From assembly GCF_009914755.1 (NCBI RefSeq), contig NC_060942.1: DNA of 64,000 nucleotides, one strand, 5' to 3'. Position numbers and translations under genes: made by a program. This document shows positions 33,164-48,512 of the stretch, in pieces; position 1 is the stretch's first letter; every line of letters begins with the position of its first letter. A model generated the notes under the pieces. That model had not been told where the DNA came from and searched no databases. It saw only the letters and a program-made list of their open reading frames with translations. The DNA is from the human T2T-CHM13v2.0 reference genome, Homo sapiens.

Positions 33164-34946
33164 ATAAAATTTAAATTTCTCTTTACCTATTTTTGGTGCA
33201 AAGAAATGTGACTGGGCAATCAACTCTCAAGCATGAAAATATGAAAATACATCAAGGTAAATTTCTGTGTGGAAAATGAAAAGAGATAAAGAAAAAAATG
33301 CAAGAGTCTCAATTTAAAGAATTTATTCACAATTTTTTTGTTTTATTTGTCTCTCACGGTCTTGCCTGAATATTTGTGAGTCTTAAAAAATGAATAGTGG
33401 GTATCCAAGTGCTATAGTATTTAGTCCATTTTAAAAAGTGATACAACTCTATGTTTAAAACACTGATATTTATAATACATTAGAAATATATCCTTTGCAA
33501 ATATGGAAATTTTATGGAGAAAATTTTGAATGTCAACTTTAAAATACATGATACAGAGTTTTCAAAATTATTTTAGTAGGTATGCAGTAATAAAGTTTAA
33601 AGACCACGGTCCTAGACTGTTATTAACATAATTGCCTGGATCCATCTACTCCCAGCCTCCCCTCATTCGAATCCAGTTTATATATCAGCACCACTTCAAT
33701 CTTCCCACTCTGTTCAATAGATGCCCTTGCACGCCCTCCCTCCCAATCCCTACCATTCCACCCCCTGATAAGCCTCCCAGGCAGTCTGAATTAAGGTACA
33801 ACTTTCTTTCTCATGCTGTAATTCAAGGGTGTCCAGGATCTGGCCCCAACCTAGTTTCCTCCTCTGTACACAGCCCATGTGGAGTCAATTTGCTGCAACA
33901 TGCCCCACTACTTTTCTGTCTTATGTGGTTTCATCTGTTCCATTTCTGTCCTCTCTAACCTCATCTCAGCTTAAATTTACCTATTACTAACAACACCCAG
34001 GAGGCATTTTCTATTTTCTAATTAAGAGTTCTTCCTTTTAATTCCCTGCCGTCTTGGGTGCCCTTGCTTTTACTCCACCAATAATTGCAAAGTATTTTTC
34101 CTTTTTTTCATATTCTCCTACCTTCCCTTCTCCTCTCCCTCCCCAACATATATAAATTCCCTAAAGATTGTCTTGCTAAACTTTTCATTATCTAAAAAAC
34201 AGAGTCCAATGCTTCTCATGGAGGCACATTCATTAATATTTGTTAATGAAAATGTAGTCCATAGGGATAATTGATAAGTCAAGAGTTTACTATACTTTAT
34301 CCTTCTCTAAGATATTCACAAGCACATTAGCATATTAATACCTTGAGAAGTATCACACCAAAGAGAACTTTTTAATTCGTACAAACTTTTATCAAAATTG
34401 ATCAAAACACCCTTCTATTCTCTACATAATCTCTAATAATGTAACGTAAAACATAAAAAAGCTCATAGTCTATCCTTCCCTTCAGTTTTTCCCTAGATAC
34501 TGCTCAGGCCACAATAAATCGGCCACATTTTGTTTCCCATCTTTACATTTTAGAAAATGAAAGACAATGAGATACACCACAGAATGAGTTACCTTATAAA
34601 GATTTGGGGCTTTAAAATTATATTTTAACAAATAAATATACCAACAAATGAATAGGGAGGAAGATCAGGCTCTTCTATAAAGCAGAATGTCAGCTAGTAA
34701 ATGCAATTAATTCAGGCAAGAATCATCAACACATTCTAACACTAAATGGGTAAATGTTTGGAAACAGGGTATTTCCCCATTGTCAAACTATTTCCTTACT
34801 AATTACAATAGGAAAAACAGAATCTTTACAGTGGAGCAATTTGATAGACATCACCTCCACACTACCAGTAATGGACACTGCTATCAGGTGCTCCTTAATC
34901 TGAAGCACTGAGAAAACTACACTATCACTTATGTAGCAGTCCTGTC

Positions 34947-34977
<31 letters not shown>

Positions 34978-35636
34978 AAAGAATAACCTGAATCAAATCA
35001 TGAGGAAACAGATAAAACCAAATGGACTCTTCAAAAATGTCAATTTCATGAATGCTAAAGGCTGAGAAATTGTTCCAAACTAGTAAGTTTGTAAGTAATG
35101 TCCTTACAGCAAAAGACAGTTGCCATAAGGACATTACTGGGGATATTTCAATATGTACTACATACTATATAACAGGATTGTAGCAATGTTAAATTTCCCA
35201 AATTTCATTACTATGATTGTAAAAGTGCCCTTGTTCTTAGGAGACACAGGCTAAAGGTCCCAATGACCACAACCTATTTTCAAAGGTACACCAAAAAATT
35301 ACATTACATTGTGTGTGTGTACATAACTGTATAGAGAAGTAACGAGCAAACTGGCAAAATGTTAACAGCTTAATTCAGGTGAAGAGTTGGGAATTCATTA
35401 CAATATCTGTGCAGCTTTTGTATAGGTCTGAAAGTTTTCAAAATAACAAGTTTAATTAAAAATAATTTCATTATTTGACCCCAAATTAGGTTTACGGTCT
35501 TATTTAGCTTGGTGTGAAACATCAAGATTCATTCAATACTTATTCTACATTAAGCACTGATGAGATGTATTGCTGAACACTGTGTGATGAGTCAAGAATA
35601 AAAATGTTACAGACCTTGGATTTTATAGCACAGTGA

Positions 35637-35840
35637 AGGGGTTGGCCAACTACAGCCAGCGAGCCAAACTGGCCCACCTTCTGTTTTCGTAAATAAAATT
35701 TTATTGGATGACACTTACTTTCATTCATTTCTGTATTGTCATGGCTGCTTTTACCTTACAACAGCAGATCTGAGTAGCTGCAACAAAGATCATATGGTCC
35801 ACAAAACCTAAACTATTTAATATTTGGCCTTTTACAGGGA
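35637..35840 (+). mobile_element. MER58A-like hAT-Charlie element
   Basis: ggggttggccaactacagcc...gtaaataaaattttattgga...gagtagctgcaac...tatggtccacaaaacctaaa...tggccttttacag. Confidence 0.75.
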
Positions 35841-36456
35841 CCATACAACATAATCTTTATAGTCTCCAGCAACAGGTATGTCAAACTTTAATTTTGTACT
35901 TTGCAATAATATAAATAATGTTTATCAGAAACCCTTCCTTCAAATATCAATACTAAAAGCTTACTAAATCCTTAGAAATGCAAAATTGTCCTATAGCACA
36001 ACTGAATTTAAGGCAAGAATAATTTGCTGAAGTATACTATATGTATATTCATATATGTATTTATATTTATATATATACACCATATGTATAATGTATTTCT
36101 ATTTATATAATACAGTAGTGGCATGTTTATCTAGTTTCAAGTTAGTTACCAAGATTATGTATACAAACAGTATTTAACAGAAAGGTAGTATAACAAAGCA
36201 CTTGCTCTGACATACACTTGTGGATCTCCCAAATATTATAGATATTTGTTCCCTTCAGTGAGTAAAAATTTTCTTTGCACTCTTAACGCAATTACTTTGG
36301 TAGTAACCTTTTTTCCCACAGGTAATCCAAATACAAAATTTGAACTAACTCAGGTCCAAATTGCCACCAATCTTAAATAAATGAAGTATTGAATAAATGA
36401 GTTATTTCTATCAAAAATGAATTTCATAGATTTAAATATAAAAGTGATCTACATCA

Positions 36457-36781
<325 letters not shown>

Positions 36782-36829
36782 TCAAAACCGAGTAGTAGAG
36801 ACATGATGGTCCATCTGCCTTTGTATATG

Positions 36830-37620
<791 letters not shown>

Positions 37621-39783
37621 TAAAGGTAGAAAGCTGAGAAAAAGTTAACTTGCTCAGATTATAAAGAGAATAAATGGCAGGGCCAGAATATTAACTCAGG
37701 TCTAAAGGCTTACCAAGCCCAGTGTTCTTTCCCCTACACAAAACTATACTGAGGTATCTTCCAGAATGACTGCATGATAGATGCTCAAATACCAACCACA
37801 TTCATATCAATAAGGCCAGAAAGTAAGTTAAGTTTGCTCCTTAGTCTAGGGAGATAAGAAGCTAAGATGACTTAAAAGTTAGGAGAGTTAAGAAATGAAT
37901 GTGGAGGAAGCAGCATTGATGATGTCACCAGCTCAAAGATCTGTGCTAAAAGCAGAGCAAGTTCCAGACCCTCTTATAGAAATTAGAGGGAATACCTCCT
38001 CAGCCAAAATTCCATAGGTGTGCCATCCAGACTTCTGCCCAAAACACTAAGTTAGGTTTATTCTCAGCTCCAATTTAAAAACAACAACACAACTCTAATT
38101 CAAATTTAGGAACTTTCAAATTCTTTTACTCCAAAATATAAAAAAAAGATGTAATACAAACATAGGAGCAAGGTAACAATAGTTTAATAAACATACATTC
38201 ATTGTTTTGAGGAGACTGAGAGAAAAGGACCAGAAATAATAAACCAGAGATCAAACAAATGTGGCAGCAGACTTCTGAACTTTACCTCCTGAGGTCTATT
38301 TATCTTTCACAGGCAGGAACAAACAAAAAGTATGCATTTAGGTGTCTTGGTTTTTTATTTTTTGGAGGGGGGAGGGCAGTGGATCGTGTAGCTACAGGCC
38401 CAAGCATATTTACAAAGGGGTTTTTCTCTCTGTCTCTCTCTCTCTCTCTTTCAATTTTATGTGGGAAGTTGTTAGCAGAGGTATCATTAATTGATCCAAC
38501 ACACATGTGGGTACCACTGAAACCATTTTAAAAGCACTCTTTTCTAAGATATCAATGATATTATCTCTAAATAAAGATCTCTCCATCCAGGCTTGTTGGC
38601 AGCAGTCAAAACAGGCTACCAGGTCTCACGACTCACCCTCCCAAATCCCTATTTAACAATACTCCTAAATATGATTCACGTTCAAGGGCACCTTCCAAAG
38701 GTTTCTGAATGATTCCCTGGCCACTACCAGATACAGCCCCAATATTTTGCTCCTCACCTCCCACCGGAAGCAAGGACTCTAAGCTTATCAGAACTGGTTT
38801 TGAAACATGGTAGGAAGGCCTGAAGATTCTGCACAGAGTGCGGTCTAGGCGGTTACCCTCAGTTAGTTCTGGACCCATCCTTCACTCTACTTCAACACCG
38901 CCCTTAAACCCGAAAAACAGCATAATGTAAAAGGATTCCAAAACTTAAATATGAAAAAAGTCTGTTGTATGGCATACTCAATAACATAGCTTCAAAAACT
39001 TTTCAACGTCATACTTAGTTACAGCTGAGATAAAAGTTAACGACTAAATAAGCTGTCTTATACCCAAGCTCCATCCTCTCTATCATTCTCCAGGTGTAAA
39101 CTAAACCACATGCAGCATCCCAGATTAATTTTCAAGGGTACTTTAAGAACGAGTTCAAAGAAATTGCCTGTACAAGTTTGGGTTGATCAATATTTTAAAC
39201 TGGGCCATTTAAGAAAATATTCAAAATATGATATTTAGAATCAGAAGGCCTAGCTTAAAATTCCGTCTAAACTTAGGAGTTTTGTTTCTTTAGTCCCTTT
39301 GGGCATTAGTCAACTTACTTATTAGTATTAGAATACCACAGCCTACACATCACAGGACTGCTGTGAAGAATAACCTGTGTATGAAAGGCACTGTAAACTA
39401 AGCGTTACATAGCCATTCTTTAAAAATAACATTCTTCAACATATTACTTTGATAAAAGCTTAAGTTCTAATGAAACTCCTTCAATGAAATTATTTTTACA
39501 AGCATTGGCTCATCAAATCTTAACCGTATCTTAGTCTCATTTCATTTTAGGAATCTACCAACTTAAATGTGAATCAAAATTGCATCTTTGGAAACTAAAA
39601 CAGAAATCTGAAATAATTTTTTCTAAACATCTACAATTTTGTATTGTCTCCCATTATTTAAGGAACATAATTAAATATAAAAAGTTAAAAAGGGTTTACC
39701 CAACTCTGAAATCTGCTGAGATAACCTATGTTCAAATGGAGTCACTGGTTTGCTTTCAATTTGAAATTCAAAGTATTTCATGA

Positions 39784-40138
<355 letters not shown>

Positions 40139-40245
40139 TATTCTCCTAAATTTAAGAGTACCTGATAATGATTTCATTTACTTACCTTTATAAGTTACTT
40201 GATAAAAGTTTAAGTTCTAATGAAACTCCTTCAATGAAATTATGT

Positions 40246-40247
<2 letters not shown>

Positions 40248-40276
<29 letters not shown>
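40248..40276. repeat. (CA)n microsatellite
   Basis: About 14 AC units. Confidence 0.95.
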
Positions 40277-40278
<2 letters not shown>

Positions 40279-41110
40279 TACCATCCATTTTTCCCTCATT
40301 AGGATTTTTTTTCCTCCAAAGGTTATCAGTCAAGTCAGTCTTTGACCAACCTTTTCCCCGACTCTGTGCCTCTGTACAGAGACGGGATTAAAACAAATCA
40401 AATCGAAAGACCTGAGACTCTTAGCAATGTCTGGCAATGCCCCTCTTTCAAGTCCTAGACTCCAGCTAGGTCCTTTCCTAGATCATCTGCACAACAGAAC
40501 TTACTGTCTCTTCCCTCATAGTCCAGGTTCTGCATTTAGGAAGGTCAACCAAGATTCTAGAGCTTGACCAGAAAACAATTTCTTCCCATCCCAAGGGCCA
40601 ACTTACACCTAGCTTGGCTGAAGTAGTAGGACTTGTTTACAACTACTCTGGAGGTTGGGCTCCATACTCTGGAGTTTTACCATAGACAGAGAAACTCAGG
40701 CTCACGAGATAACAACCGTGTTATAAGGGCAGCCCAAGCTCCGTTCCTCTACCTTTGGGTCCTCTACCTTCTCCAGCTTCTCCAGGATGTGACAGCTGTC
40801 TCAGTCCTTTACCAACCATCTTGCTCTCTAAGGAGGCACCATGGCCCAGTGTTCCCCCTCATTCTTTCTCCCTTCACAAGAGATGGGAAGTGGTCCTTCA
40901 ACTGGCCATATGTCCAAAAGTCCTTTGTTCCTGAATATTCTGGGTAAAGGTATCACCTGTAAAAACTTTAGTAACTGAGAAAAATAAGCAATTACTCTAA
41001 CAAAGCCTTCAACCAAATTATGAATATGCAAATAACTATTGTGCCTTCAATGTCTGTTTTATCCTAAATTAAAATGCACAGGAAACAGAATCTTTAAAAA
41101 GTTAGTTGCA

Positions 41111-41443
<333 letters not shown>

Positions 41444-41539
41444 TCATTCTGTAAGGTTCAACATCAGTGTTTCCTTCTCTGCTCTTCTTTTAAGCTTCCC
41501 TTGCTCTTTTCTCATAACAGCAAACATAATCATAATCAT

Positions 41540-41735
41540 CGCTGTTTACCAGGAATTGTTCCAAGTGCTTCAGAGGCACTAACTCATGTACAGCCTTGAA
41601 CAACTCTATGAAGTAGGTAATATTTCTTATGCCTACTTACAAATGACAAAACTGAGGCATAGGGAGGTTAAGTGAGTTGCCCAAGTCTGCCCAAAAAGAC
41701 ACTGCTAAGACAAACAGAGCAGCCTGGCTCCAGTG
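41540..41735 (-). mobile_element. MIR SINE
   Basis: MIR core acaactctatgaagtagg...acaaatgacaaaactgaggcatagggaggttaagtgagttgcccaag. Confidence 0.7.
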
Positions 41736-43605
41736 GTAACTGTAATACTGTACTGTACACCTAGATTCAAAACTGCTTGTAAACCACTAGAGGGCATGGG
41801 TTGTGCCCATCTTTCTCAAAGCTCCATCCCCAGTACCTGGCAGAGTGTTGAAACTCATGGTTGAATTTTTCACAGGTATGCCTTCCCCTCTACACTGTGC
41901 TTCTTGGGGGCTAAGGAAGAAACTGAGACTGCATTTCATCCTTCAGGAGTGAGAAGTTTTTGCTCCAGTCATAAATACTTGCTGAATAAATGAATCTTCT
42001 ATTTACGAAGTCGAACATAAATATAAAAAGCCCTCCTCGAGGTAACATAATCAGGGCCATTTCTCCAATCCTAACCTGGCAAGAGATCTGAAATCAACAG
42101 ATGCCTTAAATAATATCTCAAACTTACTATTAGGCAGATAAGTGGCTTAAGGTAAACATTAAATAAAATGTTAAAGCTGCCCTTCACTACATGAGTACTG
42201 CTCCCTTTAAGAGAGCTGTTTTGAGCCACCTCACTAAAAACACAGACTTAGCAAAAGTTTGGATGTGGTTCATTTACTTTAAAGATAAATTACTCGTTTC
42301 AGATAATCCATCTAAATAGTAAATCCCCCTTACTTTACTCAAAACAACCAGGAATCTAAAAATTAAGTTTACTCTGAGTAAGGGAACCACATTAGACAAT
42401 GCTAAGGATTAACTACAGAGTATTTAAAAGAGTAATTTCAAACTGCAGCCATCTCTGAAATTACTTATACAGGTACTAGACAGTCAATCTCAGCATCCGG
42501 TAGGCTTTCCACTAAACAGACCACAATCCTACTATGGTTATCATCTCAACTCAGAACAATTTCTTGGTCCCTTATGTATCCCATGATCTTCGCTTATATA
42601 TTTTGCACACTCTGCATTTTTAAAATGCATCTCAAAACCTATTGATTTTTTGATGGGTCGCTATTTTGGAAGATTAGCAAGAATAGAAACTATTTTAAGT
42701 TAACTGCAATTTGTCACTTCTTTCAATACAAACCTGCTTAACTCTTTTGTCTTTTCTATCGTGACCCAAATTATTTTCTGAGGCTTAGAAAAGTACATAT
42801 AAGACGAAAAATTCCTTTCTAAATATCAATTCCGTCGCCATCAGGAAATGTCAGAAACTTTGTCTTTTTAAAAATAAAAGCGTCAACTCTTTAAAAACTT
42901 CAGTACCTCAAAGGAAAGCTGCACTGTTAACACTGAAGGAGGGCTGGGTGATTTCTGAACATCCGCATTAAAGAAATATGCTCTCCAAACCTAGTAATTC
43001 CTGCGGAGGCCACACCTTCTAACCTTCTCGTAATCCACTAATCAAATCGGGAGCATCTGAAAACTGCTACCAGCCAAAGTAAAATGACAGGTATGTCATC
43101 CTCAAACAATCCAAAACCGGGTCGGGGAGCCCAGACGGCTAGCCGGGGCCCAGGCTGACCCCCGGGCGCTCCTGGAAGAGCGACTCTAAGGAAACACACC
43201 TCCCGCGCGAGCCTCTTCCTTCCTAGAGTGACGGGGGAAGGGGACACCAGGGGCAGAAACACACCCAAACCCCACTTCAAATCCTGCCCCACCGCTTCTC
43301 CTTCCAAAACAGCCGCGCCACTGCTGAGCCCGCAGGCGATTCGGGGGCGCCGGGAGAAGAGAGCGAAGGGCGGAAAGCGAACTTGGGCGTTACTCCGGGC
43401 GTCTCCCTCCCCCAGCGGAACCTGGGCGCGCCGTTTCCTCACGGACGCGAGATTTTCCCCCCCGATCGCCACCCCAGCCCGCCTGGGGCCGCCCTCGCCC
43501 ACCGTCCCCTCAGCCAGCCAGGGCCCGGCCCAGGCCTCGCCGCCGCCCGCCCTCCCCGGCCGCTCCCCGCGGACTGCCAGGCCACCGCGAGGCCGGGCCA
43601 CTCAC

Positions 43606-43650
43606 ATCCGTCTGCGTCCTCCTGCAGGTCCTCCTGAAGCAGCGAGAGGT
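43606..43650 (-). CDS. PPP4R1: PPP4R1 coding exon 2 (45 nt)
   Basis: CTTCTCTCCCCTCGGCGCAG|AC CTC TCG CTG...GAC GGA T|GTGAGT; encodes (D)LSLLQEDLQEDADG(F). Confidence 0.96.
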
Positions 43651-43858
43651 CTGCGCCGAGGGGAGAGAAGAAAGGCCCGGTCAGCGCCCCGGGGCCCGGC
43701 GCGACGCCCCCCCCCCCGCCCGCCTCCCCCCCGCCCCGGGGGCGCCTTCCCGCGCCGGGACCCCACGCCGGCCCCGGCCCGGCAGCCACTCAGGGCTGCG
43801 GCGGAGGGCGGGTGGGCTCGAGGAGCCGCCGCCGCCCGGAGAACAGGGGGCCACGTAC

Positions 43859-43865
43859 CCGCCAT
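43859..43865 (-). CDS. PPP4R1: PPP4R1 exon 1 coding part (ATG GCG G)
   Basis: ACAAG ATG GCG G|GTACGT; strong Kozak (A at -3, G at +4); phase 1 joins exon 2 to give MAD. Confidence 0.93.
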
Positions 43866-45633
43866 CTTGTGGTCGCCCCCTCCTCCGCGGCCGCCCGGGG
43901 AGCCGGGGCTACATGGAGCGGCGCGAGCCGGGGAGCCGGTGGACGCGCGCGGGAGGGGCGGCGGGGAGGAGGAGGGCCGGGCTGGCGGGGGCGCGCGCGC
44001 GGGGCGGGCCGAGGGCCCGGGCCTGCCGCGGGCGGCGCGGCTCCCGGCCGCCCGGGCCCCCGGCCGCGCCCCGCCCCGCCCCGCCTGCCCCTCCGCGCGG
44101 CTCCCGGGCGACCGGCGCTCCCGCCTCCCGCCTTTCCCGCTGCTTGCCGGGTCCCGGCCCGGCGACGCGCGCTCACACCCTCCTCCCGAGCCGCCCTCAC
44201 GCCGAGCGCTGCGGACGGGGGCGCGCAACCTGCCGCCGGCCGGGACCCTGCGGCGAGTGCCGGAACCCGGCCGGGCGGGGCCTCCCGCGGCCCGGCCGCT
44301 TTATTGGGTCACCGGCCTCGCCCACCGCCCTGCCAGCCGCAGCCATCTCGGCGGGCGCGCCGCTCGCAGCCAGCGCCCCATCCCCAGGCCTGCACGTACG
44401 TCGTCGGCGATCCGGGGCCGGGGGCGGCTCCGAGGTCGTCGGGGCCGGGGTCCCACCTCCTCTTGGAGGAAGCGCCGCCTCCCCACCCGCCCGGGGCCCT
44501 CGCCAAGTGGCTGCTAACAAAGCCCAGGGCCCGGCTGCGGGATGGTTGACTGACAAAGTCATGCCTGCCTAGCCAGCTTCCTCGTGCAGCACGGTGAAGG
44601 CTGGGGCGCCGGGTTTTTACTCCCACGTCCTGCCAACTCGAGCTGACAAGGCGGGCAATCCACCAGCGGGAGCGTTGGCAGGCCCGGGGTCAGATCCTGA
44701 TTCAGCCAGTTAATTGGTAGGAGTGGGGCCCATTTGTAGAATGAAGGTGATAACTGCCTCGTGGGGTTATTGGCATTAAATGAAGAATGTAGGGAACCTA
44801 GCATGGTTCTTGATGTCTAGGAGGTGCTCGGTGAAGGGTGCCTATGATTCGCTTTGTCTTCTAAATACTTTTGGCAGCACTTGAGGTGTTAAAGTCTGTA
44901 TCCCAGACTTTATTAGTCTTGTTGTTTTACGTGACTTAAGCGATTAGCTCAAACGCCCAAGTACAAAATGGGGCTAAACCCAGGTTTTCCGACACGATTC
45001 TACCTCCATGGCTCTATCTCCAGCTCCACCCAAGGCCTCCAAAATGGTGTTCTCCTAAAGTGACCAACAAAACACCAAGCTGTGTCATGGTGCCACTTTG
45101 GCGATGTGGTCTCTTAGGAGAGGGAATTCTAAGTAGTTAATTAGCTTGTTCCTTTCTACGTTGTAGTCTTGACCAAGGACAATGTGTTGGCATTTAATGC
45201 CACTGAAGATTTAAGAGACTAAGGAATCAGATCCTCTGAGATTCCTAAATCTGTGTAATAAAATGGGTTCTACACATAGCTATTCCAAAAAATTCAGTCA
45301 GATATTACTAACAAGATAGACAGATTATAATCTGTATGAAATTTCTAGGAGTAATAAAAATCAGAATAGACCCCGTAACCCCGAGTATGTGTCTAATTTT
45401 CTCAACTATAAAATAATTAAAACTAAAGGCCTTTCTCTTCCTCCCTTGGTGAATGCCCTTATGTGAATTCAGCTGACACACTCAGAATGACAAAGGAGTT
45501 AGAAATTCACATCAACAGCAATTGGTCCCAACTGACTCAAACCATGAGACTTCTGCCCTGCTAAGATACCTTGTCAGTATCTACCACTTTAGCAATTCTG
45601 GGTAAATGGGGGAAGAAAGAGCCAAATCAGCTC

Positions 45634-45954
<321 letters not shown>

Positions 45955-46717
45955 CAAATCAGCTCTTTATTCTAACTGGTGGTCTCACCGCAACAACACA
46001 AAATCTACAGCGTGCCAACTGTGCTTCAGCCGCTGGATGCACTAAGACAAAACTGTCTTGATCTACACAGTTGAGTTAGACTTAACAGTTCTCAGTAATC
46101 ATGATAAAATAGGGACTATGTACCAAATGCTAGCCTAGGATATGGAACAACTAATTCTGCCTTTGGTAGCTAGGCCTCAGTAAGTTTTATCTCAGTATTC
46201 TGTGGGAAGGGCAGCAAAGGAGGAGGATCTGTATCATTTTTCTGTATTCAAGAGCTATGCATTTGATTATCATCTTAGCTGAATTACACATTGCAAGAAG
46301 TGCCTTTAAGCAATATGGTTTTTAGATATTTCAGTGACGGTATCATTCATGGTTCAGCACAAATATGTGTTTTTTACATTTCACTTTCTCTCCTTTCTAA
46401 AAGAAAGGAGTTTTTAAACCAGTGTTTACAAACTGCACTCTGTCCCCTTCTTCTAAGAAATAATATTTAAACAAATAATAGCAATCATTATTCTACATAC
46501 CTTTAACCCAGCTTCACTTACAATGCAGCTCGTGGATGGCAGAGCTGTGTGTTGTCCGTGGTCAGACACACAGGAAGTCTGAATTGTTATCCTGTTCTGC
46601 CACTGAAATGTGTAAAATATAGGGGGAGTGTCCCAAGTCATTTTCCTAAAAGCATCATCCAACTATGTAAGTACTAAGGCCTGCATTTTTAAGAATAAGT
46701 CCTCTTCCAAATGATAA

Positions 46718-47027
<310 letters not shown>

Positions 47028-47367
47028 ACAGTGACAATTTTTCTTAGCAGCCAATGAGCCTTGGAAATTAATGTGTCTGGCTTTTCAACCACAAACAAAC
47101 ATAAAAAAAAAATGGCGAAAACATCGCTAATAAACAAAACCCACCTGATGTTGCTTGCCACTATCATGTTTGTTAATTTTTGTATCGGTGATTGAACCAT
47201 TCACTTTTTTCTTCAGAATTATCATTCCTGAAACTGAAAGTATATAAGGACAGCCCTATTATTTATTGTTTTAAATGATGAAAAGAGAAACAGTCTGAAA
47301 AATGGAGAAATACTTACATGATTAAAAATGATTTTTAAACAAATATTTATTTGCTTTTTTAAAATGA

Positions 47368-47453
47368 AATTTGCGTGTCATCTTTGCACAGGGGCCATGC
47401 TAATCTTCTCTGTATCAGTCTAATTTTAGTGCATGTGCTGCTGAAACGAGCAC
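47368..47453 (-). pseudogene. U6 snRNA retropseudogene, 3'-truncated
   Basis: Minus strand GTGCTCGTTTCAGCAGCACATGCACTAAAATTAGACTGATACAGAGAAGATTAGCATGGCCCCTGTGCAAAGATGACACGCAAATT matches about nt 1-86 of U6 including the ACAGAGA box; flanked by a 15-bp target-site duplication. Confidence 0.93.
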
Positions 47454-47554
47454 GTTAAACAAATTTTTACCATTCATTTCATTCATCTTTTTTGAAGCCA
47501 GATTGACAAAATGTCCCTCATAAACTCATTTTCAAATAAGAAGAACAATTTTTA

Positions 47555-48286
<732 letters not shown>

Positions 48287-48404
48287 TCAAGGTGACATTC
48301 TGAATGTGAAGCCTTAGCCTTTCCTAGAGCTTTCATAGTTTTTCAAAGATACTTGATCTCTTTACTCACATCAGCTAAAGAGACATTTTCTCACACTGTG
48401 CTTA

Positions 48405-48512
48405 AGAAAGAAGAGAGAAAGAAAGAAGGGGAGGGAGGGAGGGAAGGAGGGAGGGAAAGAAAGGAAAAGAAAAGAAAAGAGAAGAAAAGAAAAGAAAAAA
48501 GAGAAGAAAAAT
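48405..48512. repeat. Polypurine (GAAA/GGGA/GAAAA)n low-complexity tract
   Basis: About 105 nt of pure A/G on the plus strand. Confidence 0.9.

Larger units (their letters stand above)
43100..44700. promoter_or_regulatory. PPP4R1: CpG island / PPP4R1 promoter (probably bidirectional)
   Basis: Very high GC and CpG density against an AT-rich background; GC boxes (ggggcggg at 44001, ccgccccgccccgcc near 44070), ATTGG/CCAAT at 44303-44307, YY1-type CAAGATGGCGG overlapping the start codon. Confidence 0.92.

Noticed and set aside
34947-34975. Isolated long poly-A runs (also 29580-29598) as tails of hidden retrocopies
   Set aside because: No upstream mRNA-like or Alu body and no obvious target-site duplication; more simply homopolymer expansions within old repeat-derived sequence.
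44300-44307. AATAAA on the minus strand in the promoter as a polyA signal
   Set aside because: It overlaps a CCAAT box in GC-rich context with no downstream U/GU-rich element; more plausibly part of the NF-Y site.
43038-44804. Many long overlapping ORFs including the 429-aa plus-strand ORF 43228-44517
   Set aside because: Arg/Pro/Gly/Ala-rich translations in all six frames are expected from stop-codon scarcity in a CpG island; only the short MAD/LSLLQEDLQEDADG pieces match a real protein.
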